The notes: a model not told the origin generated them from the letters alone. A stretch of DNA of 64,000 nt from an uncultured Thermoleophilia bacterium (GCA_963702475.1 CAVPCT010000005.1:384001-448000), one strand, 5' to 3'. Numbered from the stretch's first letter, positions 32,228 through 42,791 are shown. A program made the numbers and translations.

Positions 32228-33493
32228 CTAACGGAACACGCGCGGCAGCCGCTGCTTCCAGTCGGCCGGCAGCACCGCGTCGAGCGCGTCGTCGAGGGTC
32301 ACGATGCCCAGCGGGCGCCGCTCGTCGTCGACCACGGGGATGGCCAGGAGGTCGTACCTGGTCATGATGCGCCCGACCTCCTCCTCATCCACCTCCGCGG
32401 TGACCTCCACGACGTCGTCCTCCATGAGCTCCACGACCGGTGCGTGAGGCTCGGCCAGCACGAGGTCGCGCAGGCTGGCCACGCCCGCCAGGCGGCCGTC
32501 GTCGCCGACGAAGTAGAGGTACGTCATCATGTGCTGCTCCGGGCGCTCGCGGCGGATCCACTCCAGAGCGCCCCCGGCGGTGAGCCCGACCGGCAGCTCG
32601 ACGAAGTCGGTGGTCATGAGCGATCCGGCGGTGTGCTCGGGGTGGCTGGCGAGCTCACGCAGGTCCTCCTCGCGCTCGTCGGGCAGACACGCGAGGAGCT
32701 GCTGCGCGAGGTCGTCCGGCAGCTGGCTGAGGATGTCGGCAGCCTCGTCGGCCTCGATGAGCTCGAGCACGGCGGCGGCCCGCTCGAGCGGCATGTCCTG
32801 CAGCGCCGCCGTGCGCAGCTCCTCGTCCATCTCCTGGAGCGTGTCGGCGGCCAGGCCCGCGTTGAGCGCGGCCAGTACGGCCGCGCGTTCGCGCGGGCCG
32901 ACCTGGCCGACCACGTCGGCGATGTCGGCCGGGTGCAGCTCGGCGAGCTCCGCGAACGCCTCGACGAAGTTGAGGCGCGAGAGCCGCAGGGCGATGAGGT
33001 TCACGTCCGCCCAGGGCACGAGGTCGCCGGCGCGGCGCTGCAGGCGCCGCGCCAGGAAGCCCAAGCCGAAGCGCTTGGCCAGCGCCCCGGAGCTCGCGTC
33101 GACGCCCGTGACTACCAGCCCGCCCTCCTGAGGCTGCAGCAGCACGTCCTGAGCGCGCACGAACACGCGGCGGCGCATGTCGAGCACCTGGTTGTCGAGC
33201 ACGGAGTCGACGAGGGCGAGCTCGTCGCCGCGCAGCGACGCCGGTTCCAGCTCATCGGCAGCGACGCCGAGCAGGAGCTTCTCGCCGTCGACGTCGATCT
33301 CCGCCACCTGCTCCCAGGAGGCGCGCACCTGGTCGTCGTCGCGCTCGATGAAGAACGCCGTGACGGCCGGAGCGTCGGAGGTGCACAGCGCGAGCACGTC
33401 GAGCAGCTCGCCGACCTCCACGCCGGCGGCGTCGACGACTTTCATGTCTTCGAGCTCGGAGAGTGAGAGCGGGGAGCCTGCGTCGTCATCCAC
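32228..33493 (-). CDS. MgtE intracellular-domain protein (PRC barrels + MgtE_N + CBS pair), no TM pore
   Basis: LHPADIAD, TAGSLMTTDF, RYDLLAIPVVD, GIVTLDDALD. Confidence 0.85.
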   Translation of the reverse strand: MDDDAGSPLSLSELEDMKVVDAAGVEVGELLDVLALCTSDAPAVTAFFIERDDDQVRASWEQVAEIDVDGEKLLLGVAADELEPASLRGDELALVDSVLDNQVLDMRRRVFVRAQDVLLQPQEGGLVVTGVDASSGALAKRFGLGFLARRLQRRAGDLVPWADVNLIALRLSRLNFVEAFAELAELHPADIADVVGQVGPRERAAVLAALNAGLAADTLQEMDEELRTAALQDMPLERAAAVLELIEADEAADILSQLPDDLAQQLLACLPDEREEDLRELASHPEHTAGSLMTTDFVELPVGLTAGGALEWIRRERPEQHMMTYLYFVGDDGRLAGVASLRDLVLAEPHAPVVELMEDDVVEVTAEVDEEEVGRIMTRYDLLAIPVVDDERRPLGIVTLDDALDAVLPADWKQRLPRVFR

Positions 33494-33716
33494 GCTGACG
33501 GCTCACATCCTTTCGCGGCCCGGACCCCGGGACGCAGGCGAGGATACCGGGGGCGTCCGGTGGCGTCAACGACAGGAGACCGTCCCTTGCTCCGGACCCG
33601 CCCGCGGGCGCTGTCGGCCGGACGTGCGGGTGCTGTAGACTGCCGCGGTCCCCCGTCCAGTGCCGGCGCGGTGCAAGGGGCACCGCTGCGCCGGCGTCGT
33701 AGAAAGGAGCCGTTGA

Positions 33717-35168
33717 ATGGCGGCCGAACCGACCGTCGCCGCAGGAGGTCTCGACAAGCTCTTCCACTTCCAGAAGTGGGGGACCTCGCTCACCCGCGAC
33801 ATGCTCGCCGGGCTCACGACGTTCATCGTCATGTCCTACATCATCTTCGTGAACCCGGGCATCCTGGGCTTGGACGGCAAGGGCCTGCCCTTCGCCGCCG
33901 CCCTCACATCCACCTGCCTGGTGGCAGGCGTGATGACCATCATCATGGGCGCGTTCACCAACCGCGCCTACGCCATCGCGCCGGGCATGGGCCTCAACGC
34001 CGTGGTCGCCTTCAGCCTCGTTCTGGGCCAGGGCCTGACCTTCCCGCAGGCGATGGGTCTCATCTTCCTCGAGGGCGTCGCCATCCTCGTGCTCGTGGTC
34101 ACCGGTTTCCGTGAGGCCATCTTCAAGGCCATCCCGCTGGAGCTCAAGAAGGCCATCGTCGTCGGCATCGGCTTCTTCATCCTCTTCATCGGCCTCGTGG
34201 ACGGTGGCCTCGTGGTGGGTGGCGGAGGCACCGTGGTGTCCCTGGGCAACTTCGTCGGCGTACCGGTGCTCGTCACCATCTTCGGCCTCGTCGTGACGAT
34301 CATCATGCTCGTTCGTGGCTGGCGCTTCGCCGTGATCCTCGGCATCGTCTTCTCGACGGTCTTCGCGATCATCCTCAACTACGCCTACGACAAGACGTCG
34401 TTCGCGGAGGGCATCGCGGTGTGGCCGAGCAAGGTCGTCGCCATGCCCGACTTCAGCCTGGTCGGCCAGTTCGATTTCGGGGCCTTCAGCAAGCTCGGCG
34501 TGACGGCCGCGATCCTGTGGATCTTCAGCCTCATGCTGAGCGACTTCTTCGACACCATGGGCACCCTCGTGGGCGTCGGCGGCCAGGCGGGGTATCTCGA
34601 CAAGAAGGGGCACCTCAAGAAGCTCAACCGTCTGCTCTTCATCGACTCGCTGGCCGCCATGGCCGGCGGCGCCGCCTCGTCGTCGTCCGCCACCACCTAC
34701 ATCGAGTCCGGCGCCGGGGTGGCGGCCGGCGGACGCACCGGCATGGTGAGCATCGTCACCGGCGTGCTCTTCCTGCTGGCCATGTTCTTCTCACCCATCG
34801 CCGGCATCGTGCCGGCCAACGCCACAGCCCCGGCGCTCATCATCGTCGGCTTCCTCATGATGGCCACGCTGTCTGTGGCGGAGGAGAAGGCCGAGGAGGA
34901 GGAAGAGGGCAAGAGCGCGGCCCGGCGCGCCATCTCCGCCATCAACTTCGCCGATCCGGCCTTCGGCATCCCTGCCGTGCTCACCATGGCCCTGATGCCG
35001 CTCACCTACAGCATCACGAACGGCATCGGCTTCGGCTTCATCTCGTACACGCTGATCCGCGTCGTGCAGGGCAAGTCCCGCGACGTGAGCTGGATGCTGT
35101 GGATCGCCACGGCCGGCTTCGTGCTGTACTTCCTGATCCCGCTGTTCCAGTCCTGGGGCTGGGTCTGA
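33717..35168 (+). CDS. NCS2/AzgA-family purine permease
   Basis: AGLTTF..MSYIIFVNP, APGMGLNA, DFFDTMGT, TYIESGAGVAAGGRTG. Confidence 0.93.
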   Translation: MAAEPTVAAGGLDKLFHFQKWGTSLTRDMLAGLTTFIVMSYIIFVNPGILGLDGKGLPFAAALTSTCLVAGVMTIIMGAFTNRAYAIAPGMGLNAVVAFSLVLGQGLTFPQAMGLIFLEGVAILVLVVTGFREAIFKAIPLELKKAIVVGIGFFILFIGLVDGGLVVGGGGTVVSLGNFVGVPVLVTIFGLVVTIIMLVRGWRFAVILGIVFSTVFAIILNYAYDKTSFAEGIAVWPSKVVAMPDFSLVGQFDFGAFSKLGVTAAILWIFSLMLSDFFDTMGTLVGVGGQAGYLDKKGHLKKLNRLLFIDSLAAMAGGAASSSSATTYIESGAGVAAGGRTGMVSIVTGVLFLLAMFFSPIAGIVPANATAPALIIVGFLMMATLSVAEEKAEEEEEGKSAARRAISAINFADPAFGIPAVLTMALMPLTYSITNGIGFGFISYTLIRVVQGKSRDVSWMLWIATAGFVLYFLIPLFQSWGWV

Positions 35169-35187
35169 GACACGGCTGAGTGACCGT

Positions 35188-35235
35188 ACGTGCGGCGGGG
35201 CGGCAGACCCTTCGGCCCGCCGCCCCGCCGCACGT
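35188..35235. terminator. 17-bp inverted repeat between convergent permease and pknB genes
   Basis: ACGTGCGGCGGGGCGGC / GCCGCCCCGCCGCACGT. Confidence 0.6.
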
Positions 35236-35274
35236 CGGCTCCGCCGCCCCGCCCGGCCAGCCGGGCGGCCGCCG

Positions 35275-37162
35275 TCACTTGGCGATCGTGAGCACCACCG
35301 TCGTGCCCGCCGCTACCACGCTGCCGGCGTCGGGCGTCATCGTCACCACCGTCCCCGACGGCTGGCCGGTGCCGGCGCGCTGCTTGATGAACACACCGAA
35401 CCCCGCCTGCTGCAGCTCGTCGGTCGCGGAGGTGGAGTCCATGCCGTACACGTTGGGCACGGTGACGCCGCTCGGGCTCGGCGTCGGCGAGACGCTCGGC
35501 GTCGGTGAGCCGGACGACACCACGATGTTCACGGCGGTGCCCTGCGCGACCTTGGTGCCGGCCGTCGGGTCCTGGCGGACGATCTCGCCGCCGGCCACGT
35601 CGGTGCTGGGCTCGGTCGTCACGTTGCCCAGCGTGAGCTTGGCGTCGGTGAGCGCCGTCTGCGCGTCGGCCTGGGTCATGCCGCTCAGGTCGGGTACGGT
35701 GGCCTGCGGCTTGCCGCTGCTCACCCAGTAGGTCACCTGGGTCGCCCTTCTTGCACCGCGGTGCCGGCCGGCGGGGTCCTGCTTGTACACCTGGCCGTCG
35801 GGCACCTTCTCCGACTTGCCCGACTTCTGCACGCCGAGCAGCCCGTTCTCCTTGAGCCACGTCGGCGACCTCGTCGGGCGACCAGCCCCTGAAGTCCTCA
35901 AGGGCCACCGTCTCCGCGCCCTTGCTGACCCAGATGTCCACGGTCTCGCCGGCGGCCAGCTCGGTGCCGCCGGTGGGCGCCTGACGGCTGACGATGCCCT
36001 CGTCGACCTCGTCGCTGAACTCCTCCTGCACGTTGGCCTTGAACCCGGCCTCCTCCAGCGCGGCGATGGCCTCACCCTGCGTCTTGCCCACGACAGACGG
36101 CACCGGGTCTCCCCCGCCGCCGCCCATGAGGTTGACGATGCCGTAGGCGGCACCGGCGATGACCAGGAGCAGGATCACGATGGCGACGATCCACGGCCAG
36201 CGACGGCGGGGCGGGCGGCGCTCCTGCCCGTACCCGCCGCCCGACATGACGGACGTGGCGCCCGCGGCGCCGGCCGTCATGAGACGCGTCGCCTCGGTGC
36301 CCGTGTCGAACGTCGTCGCCGCCACAGGCCCGCCCTGGAGCGCCGAGCGCAGGTCGCGGGTGAACTGGCCGGCGCTCTGATAGCGCAAGTCCGGGTCCTT
36401 GGCGATGGACTTCATGACGATCTGATTGAGCGAGTGCGGCATACCCGGCACGAGCTGCGCCGGCTCCGGGGCCATCTCGTTGACGTGCTTGAGGGCGACC
36501 GTCACGGCGCTGTCGCCCTTGAACGGCACCGTGCCGGTCAGCATCTCGTAGAGCACGATGCCGACCGAGTACAGGTCGGAGCGCTCGTCCACGGGCAGGC
36601 CGCGGGCCTGCTCCGGGGCCAGGTACTGCGCCGTCCCCAGAATGGACCCGGCCTCCGTCATGCCCGAGTCGCCGGCCCTGGCGATGCCGAAGTCCATCAC
36701 CTTGACGTTGCCGTCGCGGTCGAGCATCACGTTCTGCGGCTTGATGTCGCGGTGCACGATGCCCGCGCGATGGGCGAACTCGATGGCCGCCAGAAGCTGC
36801 AGAGCGATGTGCACGGCGTCGTTGCCGCTCAGGCGGCCCTGGCGGCGGATCAGGTCTTTGAGCGTCTCCCCTTCCAGGTACTCCATGACGATGTAGTACG
36901 TGCCGTCGACCTCGCCCCAGTCGTAGATGCTGACGAGGTTGGGATGGTTGAGACCCCCGGCCGCCTTCGCCTCGCGGCGGAAACGTTCCACGAAGGTCGG
37001 GTCGCTGAGGAACCGCTGGAGGAGCACCTTGAGCGCCACGCGGCGGCCCAGGGTGAGGTCCTCGCAGAGATACACGTCGGCCATGCCGCCGCCGCCCAGC
37101 TTACGCAGGACGCGGTAGCGGCCGCTCACCACCTGGTCTGGCTCGAACACGTCGCTCACCAC
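35275..37162 (-). CDS. pknB: PASTA-domain Ser/Thr kinase PknB (apparent 1-nt insertions in PASTA 2)
   Basis: GGGGMADV, HRDIKPQN, DFG, APE, TM and PASTA 1 in one frame; remaining PASTA repeats in another frame ending at 35275. Confidence 0.85.
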
Positions 37163-37224
37163 TCCTTAGCTCGCTCCGTCATCCACAAGAAAGATACTGT
37201 GACGCGCGCCGTCTCCCTGCCGCG

Positions 37225-38664
37225 CTACGGCAGGGACGGCTGCGCGAGTGCCGTCCTGATCACGTCGGCGGCGAGCGGCGCAGCCGCCTCGCCGCCGGTC
37301 GATGTCGTGTCCTCGATCACCACCGCGATCGCCACCTGCGGGTCCTCCGCGGGGGCGAAGGCGATGAACCACGCCAGGTTGGTGCCGTCGCCCACCTCGG
37401 CGGTGCCGGTCTTGCCGGCCACCTGGATGCCCTCCAGCGCCGCCGCGGTGCCCGTACCTGCATTGACGACGCGCTGCATCATGGAGTTCAGCGTGCCGGC
37501 GGTGGCGGCCGTCATGGCCGTCTTCCACACCCGCGGGGTCGCCTTCTGCACCACCGCACCAGACGCCGACCTGACCTCCTGAAGGTAGTACGGCACCATG
37601 ACGCGGCCGCCGTTGGCGACGCCGGCCGCCACGAGCGCCATCTGCAGCGGCGTGGCCTGCAGCTTCTCCTGACCGCAGGCCGCCCACGCCACGGCCAGCG
37701 GGTCCATGAAGGCGTCGGGCGAGAGCAGCCCCTTCTTGCCGTAGCGGCCGCTGGGGACGATCTCGCCGGACGGCAGCGGCAGCGGCGGCGTGGCATAGAA
37801 GCCGAAACGCTGCGACGCCTCGATGAGGCGCCCGCGCCCGACATCGTTGCCCACCTTGCCGAAGGTCGTGTTGATGGACAGCGTGAGCGCCGTGGTGAAG
37901 TCGTTGCGCCCGAAGACCTCGCCGCCGTAATTGGTCACCTTGCCGCCGAACACCACGTACGTGCCGGTGTCGAAGAACACGCTCGTCGGCGTGACCTTGC
38001 CGCTCTCCAGGCCCGAGGTCGCGGTGACGACCTTGAAGGCCGACCCCGGCGTGTACAGGCCCTGGGTGGGACGGTTCAGCAGGGGTGCGCTCGCGTCCTT
38101 GCTGAGCTTCGGCCACTTCTCCTCGAGGTTGGCCGGGTCGTAGGTGGGCGCCGAGGCCGCGGCGATGAGGGCGCCGGTCCTGGGGTCCAGCACAACGATG
38201 GCGCCCTTCTGCCCCGAGAGCTCCTTCTGGGCCGCCTTCTGCACCGCCGGCACCAGGGTGAGCTTGACGGTCGCTCCCTTCGGTCTTCGCCCAAGGACCT
38301 TGTCCACCCAGTTCTGCACGCCGAGGTCGCTCGCCTGGCCCGTGAGCACGGCGTTGAGCTGCGCCTCGATGCCGCTGCGGCCGTACCGCACGTTGTCGTA
38401 CCCGATGAGCTGGGGCGCCATGGTGCCGTTGGGGTAGATGCGGTACCAGTAGCCCGAGCGGCGCTCCGATCCCACGATCGTCGTCCCGTCGTAGGCGACG
38501 ATGTCGCCGCGCCGGATCTTCATCTCCTTGGCGATGCCCAAGCGGTTCTCCGGGCGGTCGGCGTACCACTGCGCCCGCCCCACCATGATCCAGGTCAGGT
38601 TGACGATGAGCGCCACGAACAGCACGACGCCGACGATGAAGATCCTGGCTATGGCCCTGTTCAC
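37225..38664 (-). CDS. pbpA: Class B penicillin-binding protein PbpA
   Basis: SAFK, SIN, KTG motifs; rodA-pbpA-pknB context. Confidence 0.92.
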   Translation of the reverse strand: MNRAIARIFIVGVVLFVALIVNLTWIMVGRAQWYADRPENRLGIAKEMKIRRGDIVAYDGTTIVGSERRSGYWYRIYPNGTMAPQLIGYDNVRYGRSGIEAQLNAVLTGQASDLGVQNWVDKVLGRRPKGATVKLTLVPAVQKAAQKELSGQKGAIVVLDPRTGALIAAASAPTYDPANLEEKWPKLSKDASAPLLNRPTQGLYTPGSAFKVVTATSGLESGKVTPTSVFFDTGTYVVFGGKVTNYGGEVFGRNDFTTALTLSINTTFGKVGNDVGRGRLIEASQRFGFYATPPLPLPSGEIVPSGRYGKKGLLSPDAFMDPLAVAWAACGQEKLQATPLQMALVAAGVANGGRVMVPYYLQEVRSASGAVVQKATPRVWKTAMTAATAGTLNSMMQRVVNAGTGTAAALEGIQVAGKTGTAEVGDGTNLAWFIAFAPAEDPQVAIAVVIEDTTSTGGEAAAPLAADVIRTALAQPSLP

Positions 38665-38666
38665 GC

Positions 38667-39989
38667 TCAGCCCCTCATCGCCAGCCGGCGGCGCTCGAGG
38701 TCGGTGCCGTCGCGCACCACGTTGGCGCGGTGCGAGATCATGAGGAGCAACGCCACCAGCATGAGGTTGGCCGTGATGGAGCTGCCGCCGTAGCTCACGA
38801 ACGGCAGCGTGACGCCGGTCAGCGGGATGAGCCGCGTGACGCCCCCGAGGATGATGAACGTCTGCAGGCCGAAGGCGAACGCCAGACCCGCCGCGAGGAG
38901 TTTGGAGAAGCCGTCAGGCGCCCACACCGCGATGCGGAACCCGCGCCACATGAACAGCACGTAGACCAGGATGACCCCGACCGCGCCGAGCAGGCCCATC
39001 TCGCTGGCGATGGCGGTGAAGATGAAGTCGGTCTGCAGGTCGGGCACCACCGGCTGGCGGTTGCCGTAGAGCAGGAAGCCGCGTCCGAACCCCGCTCCCA
39101 GGATGCCGCCGTCGGCGATGGTGAACAGCGACTGCAGCAGCTGGTACCCGGAAGTGGACGCGTGCGGCCACGGGTCGAGCCACACCCGGAAGCGGTCCTG
39201 CACGTGCGGCACGAGGAAGGCGGCGCCGGCCGCAGCCGCGGCGAACAGGCCGGCGCCGAGCACCACGTAGGCGATGCGCGACGTAGCCATGTACATGAGC
39301 GCCACGAAGATCGACATGAACAGCAGAGCCATGCCGAAGTCCTTCATGAAGACGAGCATGGCCAGCGACAGCATCCACATGAGGAACAGGGGACCGAAGT
39401 ACTTGTAGGCCGGCAGGGGGACACCGAGCAGGTGGTGCGTGGGCACCGACAGCAGCACCTTCTTGTCGTTCAGGTAGCCGGCCAGGAAGACGACGATGGC
39501 GAGCTTGGCGAACTCCGACGGCTGGATGGACATGCCGAAGGCGTGGATCCACAGCTTGGAGCCGTTCACGGTCGTTCCGAAGACGATGGTCGCCACGAGC
39601 AGCACCAGGCCCAGCGCGCCGATGAGATACCTGTAGCGGTCCAGGCGCGCGTGGTCGCGCACCACCATGACGGTGAGCACGAACAGCACCGCACCGACCA
39701 GCAGCCACTGCCCCTGCGTGAGCGCCAGCGACGGTCGGATCCTGAAGATCTCCGTGAGGCCGATGGCGGCCAGCAGCGCCGTGATGGGCAGCAGGAAGGC
39801 GTCGGCCTGCGGCAGCAGCACGCGCACCAGCACGTGCAGGCCGAGGAAGATGGCCACGAAGATCAGCCCGTAGATGATCGAGACCCGGTTGATCTCGCGG
39901 AAGCGCCCCGTGTAGACGGACACGTACGCCATGGTGCTCATGACCCCCGCCATGACGAGGAACAGGAGCTCGGTGTTGCGGCGCGTCAC
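38667..39989 (-). CDS. rodA: SEDS protein RodA/FtsW
   Basis: IQPSEFAK, DFG, TDFIF, PLTGVTLPFVSYGGSS; GTG overlaps pstP stop. Confidence 0.92.
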   Translation of the reverse strand: MTRRNTELLFLVMAGVMSTMAYVSVYTGRFREINRVSIIYGLIFVAIFLGLHVLVRVLLPQADAFLLPITALLAAIGLTEIFRIRPSLALTQGQWLLVGAVLFVLTVMVVRDHARLDRYRYLIGALGLVLLVATIVFGTTVNGSKLWIHAFGMSIQPSEFAKLAIVVFLAGYLNDKKVLLSVPTHHLLGVPLPAYKYFGPLFLMWMLSLAMLVFMKDFGMALLFMSIFVALMYMATSRIAYVVLGAGLFAAAAAGAAFLVPHVQDRFRVWLDPWPHASTSGYQLLQSLFTIADGGILGAGFGRGFLLYGNRQPVVPDLQTDFIFTAIASEMGLLGAVGVILVYVLFMWRGFRIAVWAPDGFSKLLAAGLAFAFGLQTFIILGGVTRLIPLTGVTLPFVSYGGSSITANLMLVALLLMISHRANVVRDGTDLERRRLAMRG

Positions 39990-41383
39990 AGCTGCATCCC
40001 CAGCGCCGCCGCCAGGGCGAGAGCGCCGGACCTGCCGCGCAGGGCCTGCTCGTCCACGACCTGGCGCTGCGCCGGGGTGAGCGATGCGTACTCCACCGTG
40101 CTCCGCCTGTACACGGCGTGCAGGGGCACCGGCCCGACCTCTGCCGGCAGGCCGCTGTACACCGCCAGCCTGCCGTCGTCGACGCCGACGTAGTACACGG
40201 TGCTGAGCGTGACGGCGCCGGCCGCACCGGCGACGACGAGGACGACGAGGAACGCCGCGAACCAGCGGAGCCCGAGACGGCGCTTGCGCCTGGCCGGCTC
40301 CACCGGATCCGGCGCGGGCGGCACCGGGTCGACTGCGTCGCCGTGAGGCGCGGCGTCGCCGGTGTCGGATGACTCGGCCGCCGGCCGCGCGGGCGCGGCA
40401 GGCGGCTCGGCGACGGGCTCCGCCGCGGTACCCGGCTGCGGCTCGGCGGAGACGTCTGCGGCGTCCGCCGGCGCTGCCGCGCCGGCCGGTATCACCAGCG
40501 TGAAGTCGACGCCGGGACCGCCGCGGGCAGGCGCCGCCGGCGCAGGGCCGGCCTGCGTGAGCGCCTCGTCGGCCGGCACCGCCAGCGTGACCTCCTCGTC
40601 CGCGGGCACCGCCAGCGTGACCTCCTCGCCGGCCGGCACCGCCAGCGTGACCTCCTCGTCGCCGGCGGGCCCGCCGCCGGGATCGGGAGTCTCGAGGCGC
40701 ACGACCACGGCGGTGATGTTGTCCGGGCCGCCGGCCTTGCGCGCCTCTGCGATGAGCCGCCCGGCCGCCTCCTGCGGGTCCGAGCGCCCCATGTGCTTCG
40801 CGATCAGCGGCCCCGGCACGACGCCGCAGAGGCCGTCGCTGCACAGCAGCAGCACGTCGCCGCCGAGCAGGTCGACCTCGAACTCGTCGATGCGCACCGT
40901 CGGCTCGGTACCGAGCGCGCGGCTCAGGATGCTGCGATGGGGATGGACGGCCGCCTCCTCCTCGCTGAGGCGGCCCTCGCGGATCATCTCGCCGACGAGG
41001 GAGTGGTCGTCGCTGAGCTGCCGGAGCTCGCCGCCGCGCAGCAGGTAGGCGCGGCTGTCGCCGATGTGGACGAAGTGAGCCAGAGAGCCTGCGACCAGCA
41101 CCGCGGTGAGCGTCGTACCCATGCCGGAGTGGGCCGCATCGGTGGCGGCGCGCGCGTACACCGCCGCGTTGGCCTGCTCGGCCGCCTCCAGGAGCGGGCG
41201 GCCGGAGGCGACCCCCGCGGTCAAGGTCTCGGCCGCCAGGGAACTGGCCACCTCGCCGGCCTGGGCCCCGCCCATGCCGTCGCAGACGGCGAACAGGGGC
41301 GGGGCCGCCACGTAGGCGTCCTCGTTGGTCTTGCGATGCAGACCGATGTCGGTCAGGGCACCGTGTCGGGCGGCAAGCGGCAC
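39986..41383 (-). CDS. pstP: PP2C Ser/Thr phosphatase PstP/Stp1
   Basis: NED, DGMGG, MGTT, GDSRAY, CSDGL, GGPDNIT, TM near C-terminus. Confidence 0.92.
   Translation of the reverse strand: MPLAARHGALTDIGLHRKTNEDAYVAAPPLFAVCDGMGGAQAGEVASSLAAETLTAGVASGRPLLEAAEQANAAVYARAATDAAHSGMGTTLTAVLVAGSLAHFVHIGDSRAYLLRGGELRQLSDDHSLVGEMIREGRLSEEEAAVHPHRSILSRALGTEPTVRIDEFEVDLLGGDVLLLCSDGLCGVVPGPLIAKHMGRSDPQEAAGRLIAEARKAGGPDNITAVVVRLETPDPGGGPAGDEEVTLAVPAGEEVTLAVPADEEVTLAVPADEALTQAGPAPAAPARGGPGVDFTLVIPAGAAAPADAADVSAEPQPGTAAEPVAEPPAAPARPAAESSDTGDAAPHGDAVDPVPPAPDPVEPARRKRRLGLRWFAAFLVVLVVAGAAGAVTLSTVYYVGVDDGRLAVYSGLPAEVGPVPLHAVYRRSTVEYASLTPAQRQVVDEQALRGRSGALALAAALGMQL
40571..40660 (-). repeat. 30-bp tandem repeat x3 in pstP linker encoding (D/G)EEVTLAVPA
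   Basis: GGCACCGCCAGCGTGACCTCCTCG repeated with 30-nt period. Confidence 0.95.
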
Positions 41384-41390
41384 CGGCCGG

Positions 41391-41936
41391 CTACTCCTCG
41401 TAGCGCAAGACAGTCTCGCCGATGCGCACGCGGCTCTCGAACCGGAGCTGCGCCTCGGTGACCGGCTTCTCGTTGACGAAGGTACCGTTGGTGCTGCCCA
41501 GGTCCTCCACCACGTAGAACTGGCCGCGCGGCACGAAGCGCGCGTGGGTGCTCGAGACGAAGTGTTCGTCGAGCACGATGTCGCTCGTGGGGGCGCGGCC
41601 CACCGTGATCCATCCGTCCAGCGGGAACACCACGCCCGGAGGCACGATCGGGCTGCTCTCCACGATCAATCGCGGGTTGATGTGGCCGGTGAAGTCGAGC
41701 TTCTCTCCGGCGACGGTGCGCTCGCTGAGACGCGTCTCGCGGCGCGCGGCGCGCTCCTCGGACGTCACCGCGACCAGCGGTCGCGACCCGTCCGGAAGCG
41801 CGACGTCGGGGGCGGCGACCGCCGCCCCGGCCGGCGTACGCACGTTGCTCACGGCGCGCTTCACGACGTACCAGATGAAGAGGTACAGCAGGACGAGCAC
41901 GCCTACCTTGAGGACCAGCAGGACGATGTCGATCAT
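41391..41936 (-). CDS. FHA-domain protein FhaB/FipA
   Basis: N-terminal TM; GR, SSTHA, DLGSTNGT. Confidence 0.9.
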   Translation of the reverse strand: MIDIVLLVLKVGVLVLLYLFIWYVVKRAVSNVRTPAGAAVAAPDVALPDGSRPLVAVTSEERAARRETRLSERTVAGEKLDFTGHINPRLIVESSPIVPPGVVFPLDGWITVGRAPTSDIVLDEHFVSSTHARFVPRGQFYVVEDLGSTNGTFVNEKPVTEAQLRFESRVRIGETVLRYEE

Positions 41937-41996
41937 GGGCGTCTCCCGCGGCGCGGGCAGCACGCGGCTGCGCCCGCGCTCACCTCGCCGTCGGGG

Positions 41997-42791
41997 TCAC
42001 GGCAGCCTCTCGAACAGCAGCTCCGTGGCCCCGAGCTCGATGCGGTCGCCGTGCTGGAGCACGGCCTGCTTGACGTCGCGCCGGTTGAGGCGCGTGCCGT
42101 TTGTGGACCCCAGGTCGTGCAACATGAAGCCGTCGCCCTGTCGCCTGATCTCGATGTGCTGCCGGGACACGTTGGGATCGGCCAGCACGATCTCGCAACG
42201 CCGGCTGCGCCCGATCACGGTGACCTCGTGGCGCAGCTCCCACTCGCCCTGCGGACCGCGGAGAGCTGCGCGCATGGCGGGGGCGCGCCGCGGTTCGGGG
42301 GCTGGGGCGACCGCGGCGGCCGGCGGATCCTGGTAGAGCACGGTCTGGTCCATCATCGGACCGGCCGCCGGCGCCGCCACGGCGGCCGGCGGCACGAAGG
42401 CCGGCGCATCCGTGTCCACTGGAGCGTTCACCGTGCGTGTGGCTATGCCGAACTCACCCACGCGCAGGTCGTCGTCGCGGTGCAGCTCGATGTGCGGCGG
42501 GGCGACGAGTGTCCATCCCTCGCGGCGCGCGAACGCGGTGACGTAATTGGAGAGCTCGGCCTTGAGCGCGTCGGCGAACGCCGCGAGCTGCTCGTAGTCG
42601 GACTGGCCGAGGTACACGTCGAACTCGTTGGGCACGTAGACGTTGGAGACGCCGACCGTCTTGTGGTCGCCCATCTCCTTCGCCAGCTTGTGCGCCAGCT
42701 CGACCGGCTGCACGCTGGACTTGAAGGCGCGCCCGAAGCCGCCCTCGACGAACCCCTCCAGCTTCTTTTCAGCCTTCCTGAAGATGCCCAT
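41997..42791 (-). CDS. FhaA-like protein (DUF3662 + FHA)
   Basis: VQPVELAHKL..EM; GR, SRQH, DLGSTNGT. Confidence 0.9.
   Translation of the reverse strand: MGIFRKAEKKLEGFVEGGFGRAFKSSVQPVELAHKLAKEMGDHKTVGVSNVYVPNEFDVYLGQSDYEQLAAFADALKAELSNYVTAFARREGWTLVAPPHIELHRDDDLRVGEFGIATRTVNAPVDTDAPAFVPPAAVAAPAAGPMMDQTVLYQDPPAAAVAPAPEPRRAPAMRAALRGPQGEWELRHEVTVIGRSRRCEIVLADPNVSRQHIEIRRQGDGFMLHDLGSTNGTRLNRRDVKQAVLQHGDRIELGATELLFERLP

Noticed and set aside
33630-33716. Possible purine riboswitch before the NCS2 permease
   Set aside because: Only one GC-rich hairpin; no three-way-junction consensus.
35006-35860. C-terminal part of the 718-aa pknB ORF as a real extension
   Set aside because: Out-of-frame Arg-rich sequence overlapping the convergent permease; the PASTA repeats are in another frame.
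40571-40660. CRISPR-like 30-bp periodicity
   Set aside because: In-frame coding tandem repeat without unique spacers or cas genes.
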